From IMG/VR virus record IMGVR_UViG_3300031951_000022, positions 1 to 64,000 of that record: 64,000 bases of DNA; one strand, 5' to 3'. This document shows, one piece after another, positions 1 through 8,714 of the stretch. This DNA comes from a virus. Position 1 is the first letter of the stretch. Every line of letters starts with the position of its first letter. Below the pieces are notes generated by a model. That model did no database searches and was not told the origin of the DNA. It saw only the letters and a program-made list of their open reading frames with translations. The translations under genes were made by a program, and so were the position numbers.

Positions 1-1665
1 TCCATTGACAGTGCCGAAGTTGTTGTACGAATAGTCGTTGAACGTGGCGTTGCCAGTGACAAAGGCACTACCGTCGTTCCACGAACTGTTGTTGAACGTG
101 GCGTCTCCATTGACGGTGCCGCCGCTGGAGTTGCCCGCAGCGCCGCCGAACGTCGCATCGCCAATGACTGTGCCGTTGTTGTACGAGTTGTTGAACGTGG
201 CGTCTCCATTGACGGTGCCGCTGTTGGACGAACCGTCATTGAACGTCCAGTTCTGCCCCGTCGTGAGAAAGACCCAATCGCTTGTGTCAGCAGACCAAGT
301 GTTGTTGTTTACCGTGAAAGAAACAGGGCTTGCAGAAGAAAAAGTGACCGTTCCGTTGATAGTGCCTGCTGGGTTGTCAATATACGATGACGCCGTGAAC
401 GTGGCGTCTCCATTGACGGTGCTGTAGTTGTACGAACTGTCGTTGAACGTGGCGTCTCCATTGACAGTGCCGAAGTTGTTGTACGAATAGTCGTTGAACG
501 TGGCGTTGCCGGCGATGGTGGCGTTGAAGTTGTTGTACGAATTGTCGTTGAACGTGGCGTCTCCATTGACAGTGCCTCTGTTGTACGAACTGTCGTTGAA
601 CGTGGCGTCTCCATTGACAATGCCGTCGTAGTTGACCGAATTGTCGTTGAACGTGGCGTTGCCGGTAACGGTGCCGCTGTTGGACGAACCGTCATTGAAC
701 GTCCAGTTCTGCCCCGCCGTGAGAAAGACCCAATCGCTTGTGTCAGCAGACCAAGTGCCGGCGTAGTTGTTTACCGTGAAAGAAACAGGGCTTGCAGAAG
801 AAAAAGTGACCGTTCCGTTGATAGTGCCGCCTGCTGGGTTGCCAATATACGACGACGCCGTGAACGTGGCGTCTCCATTGACGGTGCCGTCGTAGTTGAT
901 CGAATTGTCGTTGAACGTGGCGTCTCCATTGACGGTGCCGTCGTAGTTGATCGAATTGTCGTTGAACGTGGCGTTACCGGCGATGGTGGCGTCATCGTCG
1001 TAGTTGATCGAATTGTCATTGAACGTGGCGTCTCCATTGACAGTGCCGTTGTTGTACGAATAGTCGTTGAACGTGGCGTCTCCATTGACGGTGCCGCTGT
1101 TGTCCGCACTGTAGTTGAACGTCCAGTTCTGCCCCGTCGTGAGAAAGACCCAATCGCTTGTGTCAGCAGACCAAGTGTTGTTGTTTACCGTGAAAGAAAC
1201 AGGGCTTGCAGAAGAAAAAGTGACCGTTCCGTTGATAGTGCCGCCTGCTGGGTTGCCAATATACGACGACGCCGTGAACGTGGCGTCTCCATTGACGGTG
1301 CCGTCGTAGTTGATCGAATTGTCGTTGAACGTGGCGTCTCCATTGACGGTGCCGTAGTTGATCGAATTGTCGTTGAACGTGGCGTTGCCCGTGATCGTTG
1401 CGTCGGAGATAAAACCTCCGCTGAACGTTGCAACTCCAGTGACTACAACATTAATAGCCAGCCCCCTGAACGATGGGTTGGAACACGTTAGGTTGACAAC
1501 AGTCGGCGTTGCGCCGGAGTTGTTGTTGCAGGTCTGAGACAAGAACACGCTGTCTCCGCTGGCGGGGAGGCTTGCGGCAGCGGCGGTGTGAGTTGAGTTG
1601 GTCCACCAGTTGCCAAGCGTGTTCCAGTCACCATCAACCGCAGCGTTGAAATACAAAGTTGCCAT
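1..1665 (-). CDS. Repeat-rich beta-helix-like protein (adhesin/tail-fibre-like), truncated by the left window edge
   Basis: Absent from the ORF track because it has no stop in the window. ATG at 1665 follows AAGGAG; reads MATLYFNAAVDGDWNTLGNWW, then many GTVNGDATFNDxSxN units and three ~50-aa TASSYIGNP...WVFLTTGQNWTFN blocks. Frame spot-checked at several points down to base 1. Confidence 0.8.
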   Translation of the reverse strand, partial: MATLYFNAAVDGDWNTLGNWWTNSTHTAAAASLPASGDSVFLSQTCNNNSGATPTVVNLTCSNPSFRGLAINVVVTGVATFSGGFISDATITGNATFNDNSINYGTVNGDATFNDNSINYDGTVNGDATFTASSYIGNPAGGTINGTVTFSSASPVSFTVNNNTWSADTSDWVFLTTGQNWTFNYSADNSGTVNGDATFNDYSYNNGTVNGDATFNDNSINYDDDATIAGNATFNDNSINYDGTVNGDATFNDNSINYDGTVNGDATFTASSYIGNPAGGTINGTVTFSSASPVSFTVNNYAGTWSADTSDWVFLTAGQNWTFNDGSSNSGTVTGNATFNDNSVNYDGIVNGDATFNDSSYNRGTVNGDATFNDNSYNNFNATIAGNATFNDYSYNNFGTVNGDATFNDSSYNYSTVNGDATFTASSYIDNPAGTINGTVTFSSASPVSFTVNNNTWSADTSDWVFLTTGQNWTFNDGSSNSGTVNGDATFNNSYNNGTVIGDATFGGAAGNSSGGTVNGDATFNNSSWNDGSAFVTGNATFNDYSYNNFGTVNG

Positions 1666-1735
1666 ATTTTCTCCTTAAAAATTCTGGAAAAGGCTAATCA
1701 CTATTAACTAGCCAGTTCCAGAAAATTAATTAAAT

Positions 1736-2047
1736 TTAGCGAGTTGGTCTAACTGGTGGTAAAAACAACCCTTCAAGACTAGCCTTAACATCAGAGCCAA
1801 GCAACTCAAGAATTCGTGCTTCAACTTGAGCTTGAGTATAATCACCAGCCGCTGTATAAGCATCACCTTCCCAAAGAACTAATGGTCTTGGACAAGGACG
1901 AATTTGAGCCACAGCACTCTTTCTAGTAGAATTATCAATAATGGTAACATCTAGTGATGAGAGAGTAATGGGCTTTTGAACTCGCACTTCACCATTAGCT
2001 CTGGTAATAGTGGGAGGTTGAATAGTAACTGGATTGGGTAAATTCAT
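1736..2047 (-). CDS. hypothetical protein
   Basis: 103-aa ORF with AAGGAG SD. Confidence 0.7.
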   Translation of the reverse strand: MNLPNPVTIQPPTITRANGEVRVQKPITLSSLDVTIIDNSTRKSAVAQIRPCPRPLVLWEGDAYTAAGDYTQAQVEARILELLGSDVKASLEGLFLPPVRPTR

Positions 2048-2074
2048 AATCTATCTCCTTTTAAAGTCGTAATG

Positions 2075-2524
2075 TTAGTAACCGGGAACAAAAGCAACAA
2101 CGTCCCACTTGTCTCGCCCAGCATGATATGTGGCAGCTAATGTGTCCATATTATTTGGGGCGATACTCCAAGGCAGTGGCGATGTGGCACTAGTGGGAAT
2201 GTTAAATTTGTTGCCTAGAGTCACGGTGCGAGATCCGGTAGAATCTTGGGTTATTCTCCAACGTAATGTTTTGCCATTAACGGGATTGGTTGGGTTGGCT
2301 AAAGTAGCGCCTCCAGTTAATGTAACGTCAAAAATATCTCCGGCGCTGGCATCGGTATTTAAGGTTGAAGCATAACTTAATGATACAACATGAGGATTTC
2401 TAAGAACAGAAGCTGATATCTTTTTGGTTACTGGAGATCCGGCCGGATCATCAACAATAACAAAAAGATCGTCTGGTGTTACTGAAGTTGCGCTAGTAAG
2501 TTCTGAAATTTTTACATCTGCCAT
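2075..2524 (-). CDS. putative virion structural/tail-associated protein
   Basis: ADVKISELTSA N-terminal motif typical of phage fibre proteins; Ser/Thr-rich beta-type sequence. Confidence 0.55.
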   Translation of the reverse strand: MADVKISELTSATSVTPDDLFVIVDDPAGSPVTKKISASVLRNPHVVSLSYASTLNTDASAGDIFDVTLTGGATLANPTNPVNGKTLRWRITQDSTGSRTVTLGNKFNIPTSATSPLPWSIAPNNMDTLAATYHAGRDKWDVVAFVPGY

Positions 2525-2526
2525 AA

Positions 2527-3132
2527 CTACTCCTCTATAGATAGTGGTTGATTCAATTCTGTATTTAATACCATGTTGTTTTCGGTCAAAAGCCTAAATG
2601 TTTCTTGTTGTTGTTCAATAACCATTTTATAGTTTTGATTAATGGGTATAGGATTACCTATATTAAAAGTTAATTTTCCCTTAAAAGTATCTGTCATTCT
2701 AGCGGCGCTATCTTCGCCAAAATTATCAAAAGACAATACTGGATAGCTCATAGCAAAAGTATTATCATATAGGTTATATTTATTTTGTCTTATTGCAGAG
2801 GATAGCTGTTCTGTTCTGGTGGTTTCTAGTTTGTTAATACCTGTTATTAGTCCTGGCTCTAAGGCTCCACTTAATAAGTAATTATTTACTACGTTCGCCA
2901 AGGACGATGTTGTTTTCTTAGCTATTGGTCTTTTATTATTATGTACAAAAGTTCCAACACTTAAAATAGAGTCAACAAACCTATTATTTATTACTGTTGT
3001 AGCTGGGGTGTCTGCTCCTGAGAGGGAGACTGAGGATAGTTTTGTAGATTGACCAATATTAATAGCAACGCCATTATTATTGTTAGTGCTACCAGAAACT
3101 ACGGGTTGTCCGTTAACTTGGGCTATTGACAT
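2527..3132 (-). CDS. hypothetical protein, possibly structural
   Basis: 201-aa Asn/Ser/Thr-rich ORF, preceded by a CTTTGGTGTA motif. Confidence 0.55.
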   Translation of the reverse strand: MSIAQVNGQPVVSGSTNNNNGVAINIGQSTKLSSVSLSGADTPATTVINNRFVDSILSVGTFVHNNKRPIAKKTTSSLANVVNNYLLSGALEPGLITGINKLETTRTEQLSSAIRQNKYNLYDNTFAMSYPVLSFDNFGEDSAARMTDTFKGKLTFNIGNPIPINQNYKMVIEQQQETFRLLTENNMVLNTELNQPLSIEE

Positions 3133-3197
3133 AATAAGCCTATTTTAGAAGGTCTATAAACACTAATATAGTGTTACACCAAAGAACTCTGATAGAC

Positions 3198-3434
3198 TTA
3201 CCATTTATTCAAAGGACACTGTTGATCTGCCCAAGCTAATTTGTTCATAAATATTTTGCGATTACTAATTGAACAGCCGCACTCATTACACAGCTTATCT
3301 TGGAGATTGAATGATTCGCAATCAATACATATAGCATATCTAGAATTTATAGTTTGTTGAGTGCTTTTTGGTAATCCACGGCTAATATGCCAAAACAAAG
3401 ACTTTAAAAATGTTTGAATCCTGAGTAATAGCAT
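3198..3434 (-). CDS. small Cys-rich protein (DUF6171-like)
   Basis: RYAICIDC...CNECGC...CPLNKW pattern. Confidence 0.6.
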   Translation of the reverse strand: MLLLRIQTFLKSLFWHISRGLPKSTQQTINSRYAICIDCESFNLQDKLCNECGCSISNRKIFMNKLAWADQQCPLNKW

Positions 3435-3879
3435 AATAATTTTATAATGGTATAATATTGTTGTCTTTATCTATAGTAAAAACTGAAAGACCCTCTACAA
3501 TGGCCTGACTATTAATCCAAACCAGAGATCCGCTATGTAGGTTAATAGCTAGTCTATCTCCGTTTTTTTTGAAGTCTGTGGTCAAAATAAAATGGCCGTT
3601 ATTATAAGTAAACCTGTCACCATGTTTACATTCTTCAAGGTATTTCATTTTCCCAATCTTCCCAAAGCTCTTCTGCTTTCATATCTTCTAGCTGTCTCTT
3701 TAATTGTTTTTTGCTTTTAGACACAAATCGCTGTTCCTCAGATATTTTTGATTTTTTGTTTTGAGAATTATCGAGAAACTTTTGTCTTCTTAAATCTTTT
3801 TTATCTTGTTCTGACATGACTGTTTAATAAAAGTAGGGTTACATATTCATAATATGAGGATGGGTGAGGTACGCAAGAA

Positions 3880-4635
3880 TTATTTCTTTTTTAGATTTTG
3901 TTTAATCCAATCCAAATGTTCACTAACTCTAGTGTGTCCCGATTCTGTAGCATAGTCTGATTTTGGTGGAGTTGTCCCGTTTGCCAAAACACAAGAATTA
4001 ATACCAGCTAATTTCCCGTCTATAAACAAACCACCCCCACTATCTCCACTACAAATTAAAAACTCTAATTCTGTTCTTCTATATTTACCAGGAGACGGTG
4101 AGCATATTAGCAAATGTTTTTCAACACGATCTATAATATTAGATCCTGCCCTACGCTTATTATCAGATATAATTGCACCAGTTTTAAAGGTACCAGTCAA
4201 GCCAAACCCAGATATAGAACACACCTTATCTACTTCATCTTTTTGGTCGTATAGCTCAGGATAAAAATCCATATCCATTTTTCTATCACAATATCCTATT
4301 GCAATATCATTTAATCCAAAGTGTTTATCATCAAAATCTTTATGTGCTATAATTTCTACAATACAATATTTTGTTTCTCCTACCGTTACTAAACACCTTT
4401 TAGAGTTTTTAACAACGTGGGCCGCTGTTAGTATGTGGTGTGGATCAATAATAACAGCAGAAGCACAGAACTCCGAATTGTTTGTATAAACTCCACAAAT
4501 AGGCACAACATTATGAAATTTTGTACCATATTCTATGTATTTAGAATCTGGCGTATAGGGGTCGATAGTTCCAGCAAAAACCGACATATGCAAAAATAGT
4601 ATAACAGTTATTGCTAGATAAATGATGTTTTTCAT
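3880..4635 (-). CDS. trypsin-like (S1) serine protease with signal peptide
   Basis: LTAAH, NDIA and GDSGG catalytic motifs; hydrophobic N-terminus. Confidence 0.9.
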   Translation of the reverse strand: MKNIIYLAITVILFLHMSVFAGTIDPYTPDSKYIEYGTKFHNVVPICGVYTNNSEFCASAVIIDPHHILTAAHVVKNSKRCLVTVGETKYCIVEIIAHKDFDDKHFGLNDIAIGYCDRKMDMDFYPELYDQKDEVDKVCSISGFGLTGTFKTGAIISDNKRRAGSNIIDRVEKHLLICSPSPGKYRRTELEFLICSGDSGGGLFIDGKLAGINSCVLANGTTPPKSDYATESGHTRVSEHLDWIKQNLKKK

Positions 4636-4682
4636 ACGACCTCCTATAAGTTTAGGAATATTAAAAGCCTAGATTAATACAC

Positions 4683-5201
4683 CTAATGAGTGGTTCCTTT
4701 CCTAAAAACAATAGAATATCGCTTATTTGAAACTGGTAAAATTGCGTGTTTCCACTTATATCTAATTTCATTTCTCATTTGTACTAGACTTAACCTAGGT
4801 ATATTTAAGGTAAAATCTTGAAAGTCATTACTAAATACCATTGTAGCATCCGAAAGCAAGCTCAAAACTGAAATAATCTCACCACTAGCCAGACTATCAA
4901 TATGAGCAGCTATGCGATTGCCGATACAATATTCATTAATAGATACTGAGTCGGGTTTTTCTGGCAAATAACCCTCATTCACCAATTTGTAGCAAAGGGT
5001 CTCTAAGAAGTCGGGTATTCCCTTTGACTCCATTTGGTTTTTATATGGCACATTCGAGCCGTATCTTCTAATGCTATTACGATCAGACCCCTTATTGATT
5101 TTGGTAGAAGGTTCAATATTAGAGAGAATTTCCTTCTCTTCCTTGAGGGAGATAAAGTTGGTGTAAAGATTCAAGCCTATAGCTTCAAAATTTTTTATCA
5201 T
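4683..5201 (-). CDS. AlkB-family 2OG-Fe(II) dioxygenase
   Basis: INEY...IAAHID...WKHAI...RYSIVFR. Confidence 0.85.
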   Translation of the reverse strand: MIKNFEAIGLNLYTNFISLKEEKEILSNIEPSTKINKGSDRNSIRRYGSNVPYKNQMESKGIPDFLETLCYKLVNEGYLPEKPDSVSINEYCIGNRIAAHIDSLASGEIISVLSLLSDATMVFSNDFQDFTLNIPRLSLVQMRNEIRYKWKHAILPVSNKRYSIVFRKGTTH

Positions 5202-5207
5202 TACTAC

Positions 5208-5582
5208 TTATTTAATAAAAGCCAATAGTTTTTCATGAGACAAATATCCAACCTGCCTATTAATTTCTTCGCCCTTAGAGTTTAATAACATATAATCGGG
5301 TATCTTTTTTACTTTATATTCTTTTCTAAGCTCTGGGCGACTATCTATGTCTATATAGACTATTATAATATCCTGATATTTTGCTATATTAGACTTGATA
5401 TCGTTTTTAGTTTTTGTGCAATATCCGCACCACTCAGCACTAAATAATACTAGTATTGGTAGCTTGGTCTCGTTTGCTAATGCAACAGCATCTTCTAAAG
5501 AGTCTACGCTAATAGACGGGGCAGATAATGACGTAGCACTAAACAAACCTATTAAAACTGTTAGTAGTATTTTTTTAATCAT
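5208..5582 (-). CDS. thioredoxin-family protein with signal peptide
   Basis: FSAEWCGYC active site. Confidence 0.85.
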   Translation of the reverse strand: MIKKILLTVLIGLFSATSLSAPSISVDSLEDAVALANETKLPILVLFSAEWCGYCTKTKNDIKSNIAKYQDIIIVYIDIDSRPELRKEYKVKKIPDYMLLNSKGEEINRQVGYLSHEKLLAFIK

Positions 5583-6490
5583 ATTTGACCTAGGATTCGA
5601 CCCTTTTGAGTTCTAATTACATATCCGATTCTTACTAGGAAAGGCTCAATACTATTTTCTATTGTATCAATAGCAATGCCAGTCATAGAAGATATGCTTT
5701 TCAAACCTAAAGGATTGCCTTTCGATTTTTTGAGAATATCAAGATACAACCTATCATAACCATCTAAACCCCTATTATCAATACCCTGACTATCAAAAAC
5801 TTCCTCGACTGTTACAGATCGGTCTTGGTGGTAGGCTGCGTAGTTCTTATACCACTGTAGTCTAGCGTTTAAAATTCTCGGTGTTCCCTTGCTTCTTTTG
5901 GCAATTTCCAAAAGATCATTTTCTGAAACATTTAGTCCGAGCTTTTGTGCGTTCAACCCTGCTAGTTTAGCTAGTTCATCTGGGTTATAGAACGACAAAT
6001 GTTCTTTAATAGTAAAACGATCATAAAACGGCTGACTTAAACTACCTCCACTAGTAGTAGCTCCAACAATAGTAAAGATGGGTAGTTCAATAGATTGTGG
6101 TTCTTCTTTATCTTCCTTGTTTTTAGCTGTAATATTAATTACAAAATCTTCCATCACAGGATATAAGAATTCTTCCACAATTTTAGGAAGTCTGTGAATT
6201 TCATCAATAAATAAAACTGATCTTGGGGCTATTCCCATGATATATGGAAGAATATTTTTAATGCTACGAATATTGGCTGCGTTGGCAGTATATAGATTCA
6301 CCCCTAGTTCATTGGCAATAGCACTAGCTATGGTTGTCTTACCAAGGCCAGGAGGCCCGTCTATTAAAGTATGAGGCATCGCCCCATCTGAATTTAAACA
6401 GCCACTCACCATGATCTTGAGCCTGTTTACTACCTTGTCTTGTCCAATAATATCGTTAAAGCAAGATGGTCTGATAGTGTTGCGTGACAT
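5579..6490 (-). CDS. ruvB: Holliday junction branch-migration helicase RuvB
   Basis: GPPGLGKTT Walker A, LFIDEIHRL Walker B, GATT, RSKGTPR, IEPFL..GY..RTQKGR. Confidence 0.95.
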   Translation of the reverse strand: MSRNTIRPSCFNDIIGQDKVVNRLKIMVSGCLNSDGAMPHTLIDGPPGLGKTTIASAIANELGVNLYTANAANIRSIKNILPYIMGIAPRSVLFIDEIHRLPKIVEEFLYPVMEDFVINITAKNKEDKEEPQSIELPIFTIVGATTSGGSLSQPFYDRFTIKEHLSFYNPDELAKLAGLNAQKLGLNVSENDLLEIAKRSKGTPRILNARLQWYKNYAAYHQDRSVTVEEVFDSQGIDNRGLDGYDRLYLDILKKSKGNPLGLKSISSMTGIAIDTIENSIEPFLVRIGYVIRTQKGRILGQI

Positions 6491-6493
6491 AAA

Positions 6494-6901
6494 TTATACT
6501 CCAAGTGATGCCAAAGAATTTTTGATAAGTAATCCAAGATCGTCAGTTTGATGCTTTTTATAGGTATCCATTAACATAGAATGAGCCTCTGCCACAGTAA
6601 ATCCGTATCTGCTTAAAATATCTATGCCTTGATCTAATATTTGTTTAGAAAGTTCAGTTTGTTTAGTTTGTACAGGAATGGGTGGTGCTGGTGTTTTTGG
6701 CTTGATGCTCTTTTTTTGATAAATAATTTTACAGCGTTTGGTTAGCTTAACTCTAAACACATTTCCACAATCACAAACAACCTTAAAATTCTTAGTAGAA
6801 GTTTCTCTTAAAGAAAGCCAGTGTGTTTGACCACATGATTCACACAAGTATTTAAGATGAACATCTAGCTCAATCGGTTTCTGGATGCTCTTTGTTTTCA
6901 T
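6494..6901 (-). CDS. Zn-ribbon protein with C-terminal RuvA domain III-like helical bundle
   Basis: CESCGQTH...CDCG, Pro-rich linker, then GIDILSRYGFTVAEAH...LGLLIKNSL; directly upstream of ruvB. Confidence 0.55.
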   Translation of the reverse strand: MKTKSIQKPIELDVHLKYLCESCGQTHWLSLRETSTKNFKVVCDCGNVFRVKLTKRCKIIYQKKSIKPKTPAPPIPVQTKQTELSKQILDQGIDILSRYGFTVAEAHSMLMDTYKKHQTDDLGLLIKNSLASLGV

Positions 6902-7292
6902 TTGTTTTTACCCAAAAGATAAAGTCGTTTGCTTCGTTATCGTAAGCACTCTCTACCAAACCCTTACTCACCAGCGCTTGTAGAATATTACTAATCATTC
7001 GACTGTTCATGGACGTTACAATATCCATAAATATCTCATCAGAGATAATGTAGCGAAATTTTTTAGACTTACGATTTTGTTGTTTCTTAGCAAAATTTTT
7101 CGTGATTATTATCGACTCATTATAAGATAACACACTGTCTAGTTCTTTTTGTTCTGTTTCATTTAGCTCATTTAGTATTGCGTCCTCTGTCTCTTCCTCT
7201 TGCTCATTAGAGGAAGCAAAATTCTGATATACTATAGCTCTTGTATTTTGAACAAAATTTTCTAAATCTTCTATTACATACCATTTTGTCAT
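6870..7292 (-). CDS. hypothetical protein
   Basis: 140-aa ORF overlapping the next gene. Confidence 0.65.
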   Translation of the reverse strand: MTKWYVIEDLENFVQNTRAIVYQNFASSNEQEEETEDAILNELNETEQKELDSVLSYNESIIITKNFAKKQQNRKSKKFRYIISDEIFMDIVTSMNSRMISNILQALVSKGLVESAYDNEANDFIFWVKTNENKEHPETD

Positions 7293-7761
7293 AAAGTTTC
7301 CATATCTTTCTAAGATATTTAAGAAAAGTACTCTTTCACTGTTTCAATTAAGGATCTCAAACAGCCCCTTATAGTACTGAGGCTGACAGATAAAATACCT
7401 AGCATGACTTTGTAAATGTAAGACATATTCTATTTTTAGACTATCTATAATAAAGTTTTTGGATTTCCAAATATTTTCATTGTGCTGATTATTCCCCAAA
7501 TACAGTAGCGAACTAGATCCGCTAACTGTATTGGAGAAATAACCATTCACAGGAAAACCATACACATACCATGTATTAGGAGATTGTTCTACCACATCAT
7601 TTAATGTATCGTATAAAAACTTACCCCAAGCATCCCAAGCATCTGCGTCAAACTTGAAGTAGTGTTTATACTTATCAATAGCAGAATCATTCTCATAATC
7701 ATCTTCTGGATAATATTCTGAATCGTCGTTTTCATACAACATATTGTAAACCCTTTTATAA

Positions 7762-7817
7762 GAAGTGGTGATGGAATCGAACCATCTTTTAACTAGTATC
7801 CGCCCAGCGGACCACTT
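7762..7817 (-). ncRNA. minimal tRNA-like element without anticodon arm
   Basis: 7-bp stem AAGTGGT/ACCACTT, hairpin CCGC-TGG-GCGG, T-arm GATGG-TTCGATT-CCATC. Confidence 0.55.
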
Positions 7818-7828
7818 TCCTCCAACGA

Positions 7829-8686
7829 TCAATATTGATCGTCGTAATCCTCATCGTCTAGATCATCTTCATCTTCATCAAACTGACCCCAATAATTGTC
7901 ATCATATTCATCATACAGCTCTTCTTCTTCGTCATAATACGAATCCTCATTAAATTCACTCTTATACAGTGGCTTTAACAGTTCGCCCTGATATTCACCC
8001 ACTACCTCATAACGACAAGTACGAAGCTTTTCACAATTACAATCACTAGGAACACTGACTACATCCTTTGGATTGATTTTAACAATCACAATCTTGTCGC
8101 CAGCATCAAGACTACCATATCCGGCTACATAGTTCAATGCACCAGCATGAAGTCCTTGAGAACAACCAACACCACGATTGTCATCAACTTTTGCTCTAGT
8201 CATATGGCAAACGTCGCCAACCTTATTACGAAACTTTCCAGCATACTTATCCATGTAATCAGAACGAACAGCCTTATAGGCTAGAAAATGTCCATCCTCT
8301 GTTACTGGTAGATACTGATGTTCCAGAAAATCATACAGTTCCTTTTGGCTCTGCATACTTGGATTTTCCATAAGATTATTCAAGAAATTAACTAGGGGTT
8401 CAAAAGGCAAACCCTTGCTCATAAACTCAAGAATACGCTTACTAATCGCACCATGTACTTCTTCGCCTTCGTAAAAGACCTTACCATTCTTAACCTCTAC
8501 CGCTCCATCACTAAAGCTGGCAACGGCCTTTTCAATATCCACTAATTCGACCAACTCCTGCTCTGTAGCAGAACTTAGTTTTTCCATAATCAGCTTATAA
8601 TTAAGATGGTCTGGAAGAATCTGATGAGCCTTATTATTAAGGATCAGAGTCAAATTACCATCAACCCACATAAAAGGAACGCTCAT
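7829..8686 (-). CDS. rIIB: rIIB-like protein
   Basis: NPS..SQKELYDFL, TEDGHFLAYKAV, CSQGLH, VKINPKDVVSVP, KLRTCRYEVV; acidic tail; follows rIIA. Confidence 0.85.
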   Translation of the reverse strand: MSVPFMWVDGNLTLILNNKAHQILPDHLNYKLIMEKLSSATEQELVELVDIEKAVASFSDGAVEVKNGKVFYEGEEVHGAISKRILEFMSKGLPFEPLVNFLNNLMENPSMQSQKELYDFLEHQYLPVTEDGHFLAYKAVRSDYMDKYAGKFRNKVGDVCHMTRAKVDDNRGVGCSQGLHAGALNYVAGYGSLDAGDKIVIVKINPKDVVSVPSDCNCEKLRTCRYEVVGEYQGELLKPLYKSEFNEDSYYDEEEELYDEYDDNYWGQFDEDEDDLDDEDYDDQY

Positions 8687-8714
8687 TTTTAAATCTCCTG
8701 TTTTCCTGTGAAAA

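Noticed and set aside
38-1433. ORF-track entries 38-427, 309-695, 771-1109, 1115-1309 and 1185-1433
   Set aside because: Shadow frames of the repeat gene 1665->1, which has the SD and a continuous frame.
7737-7832. N-terminal extension MIVGGKWSAG of ORF 7344-7832
   Set aside because: It overlaps the mini-tRNA element; the protein more plausibly starts at MLYEND.
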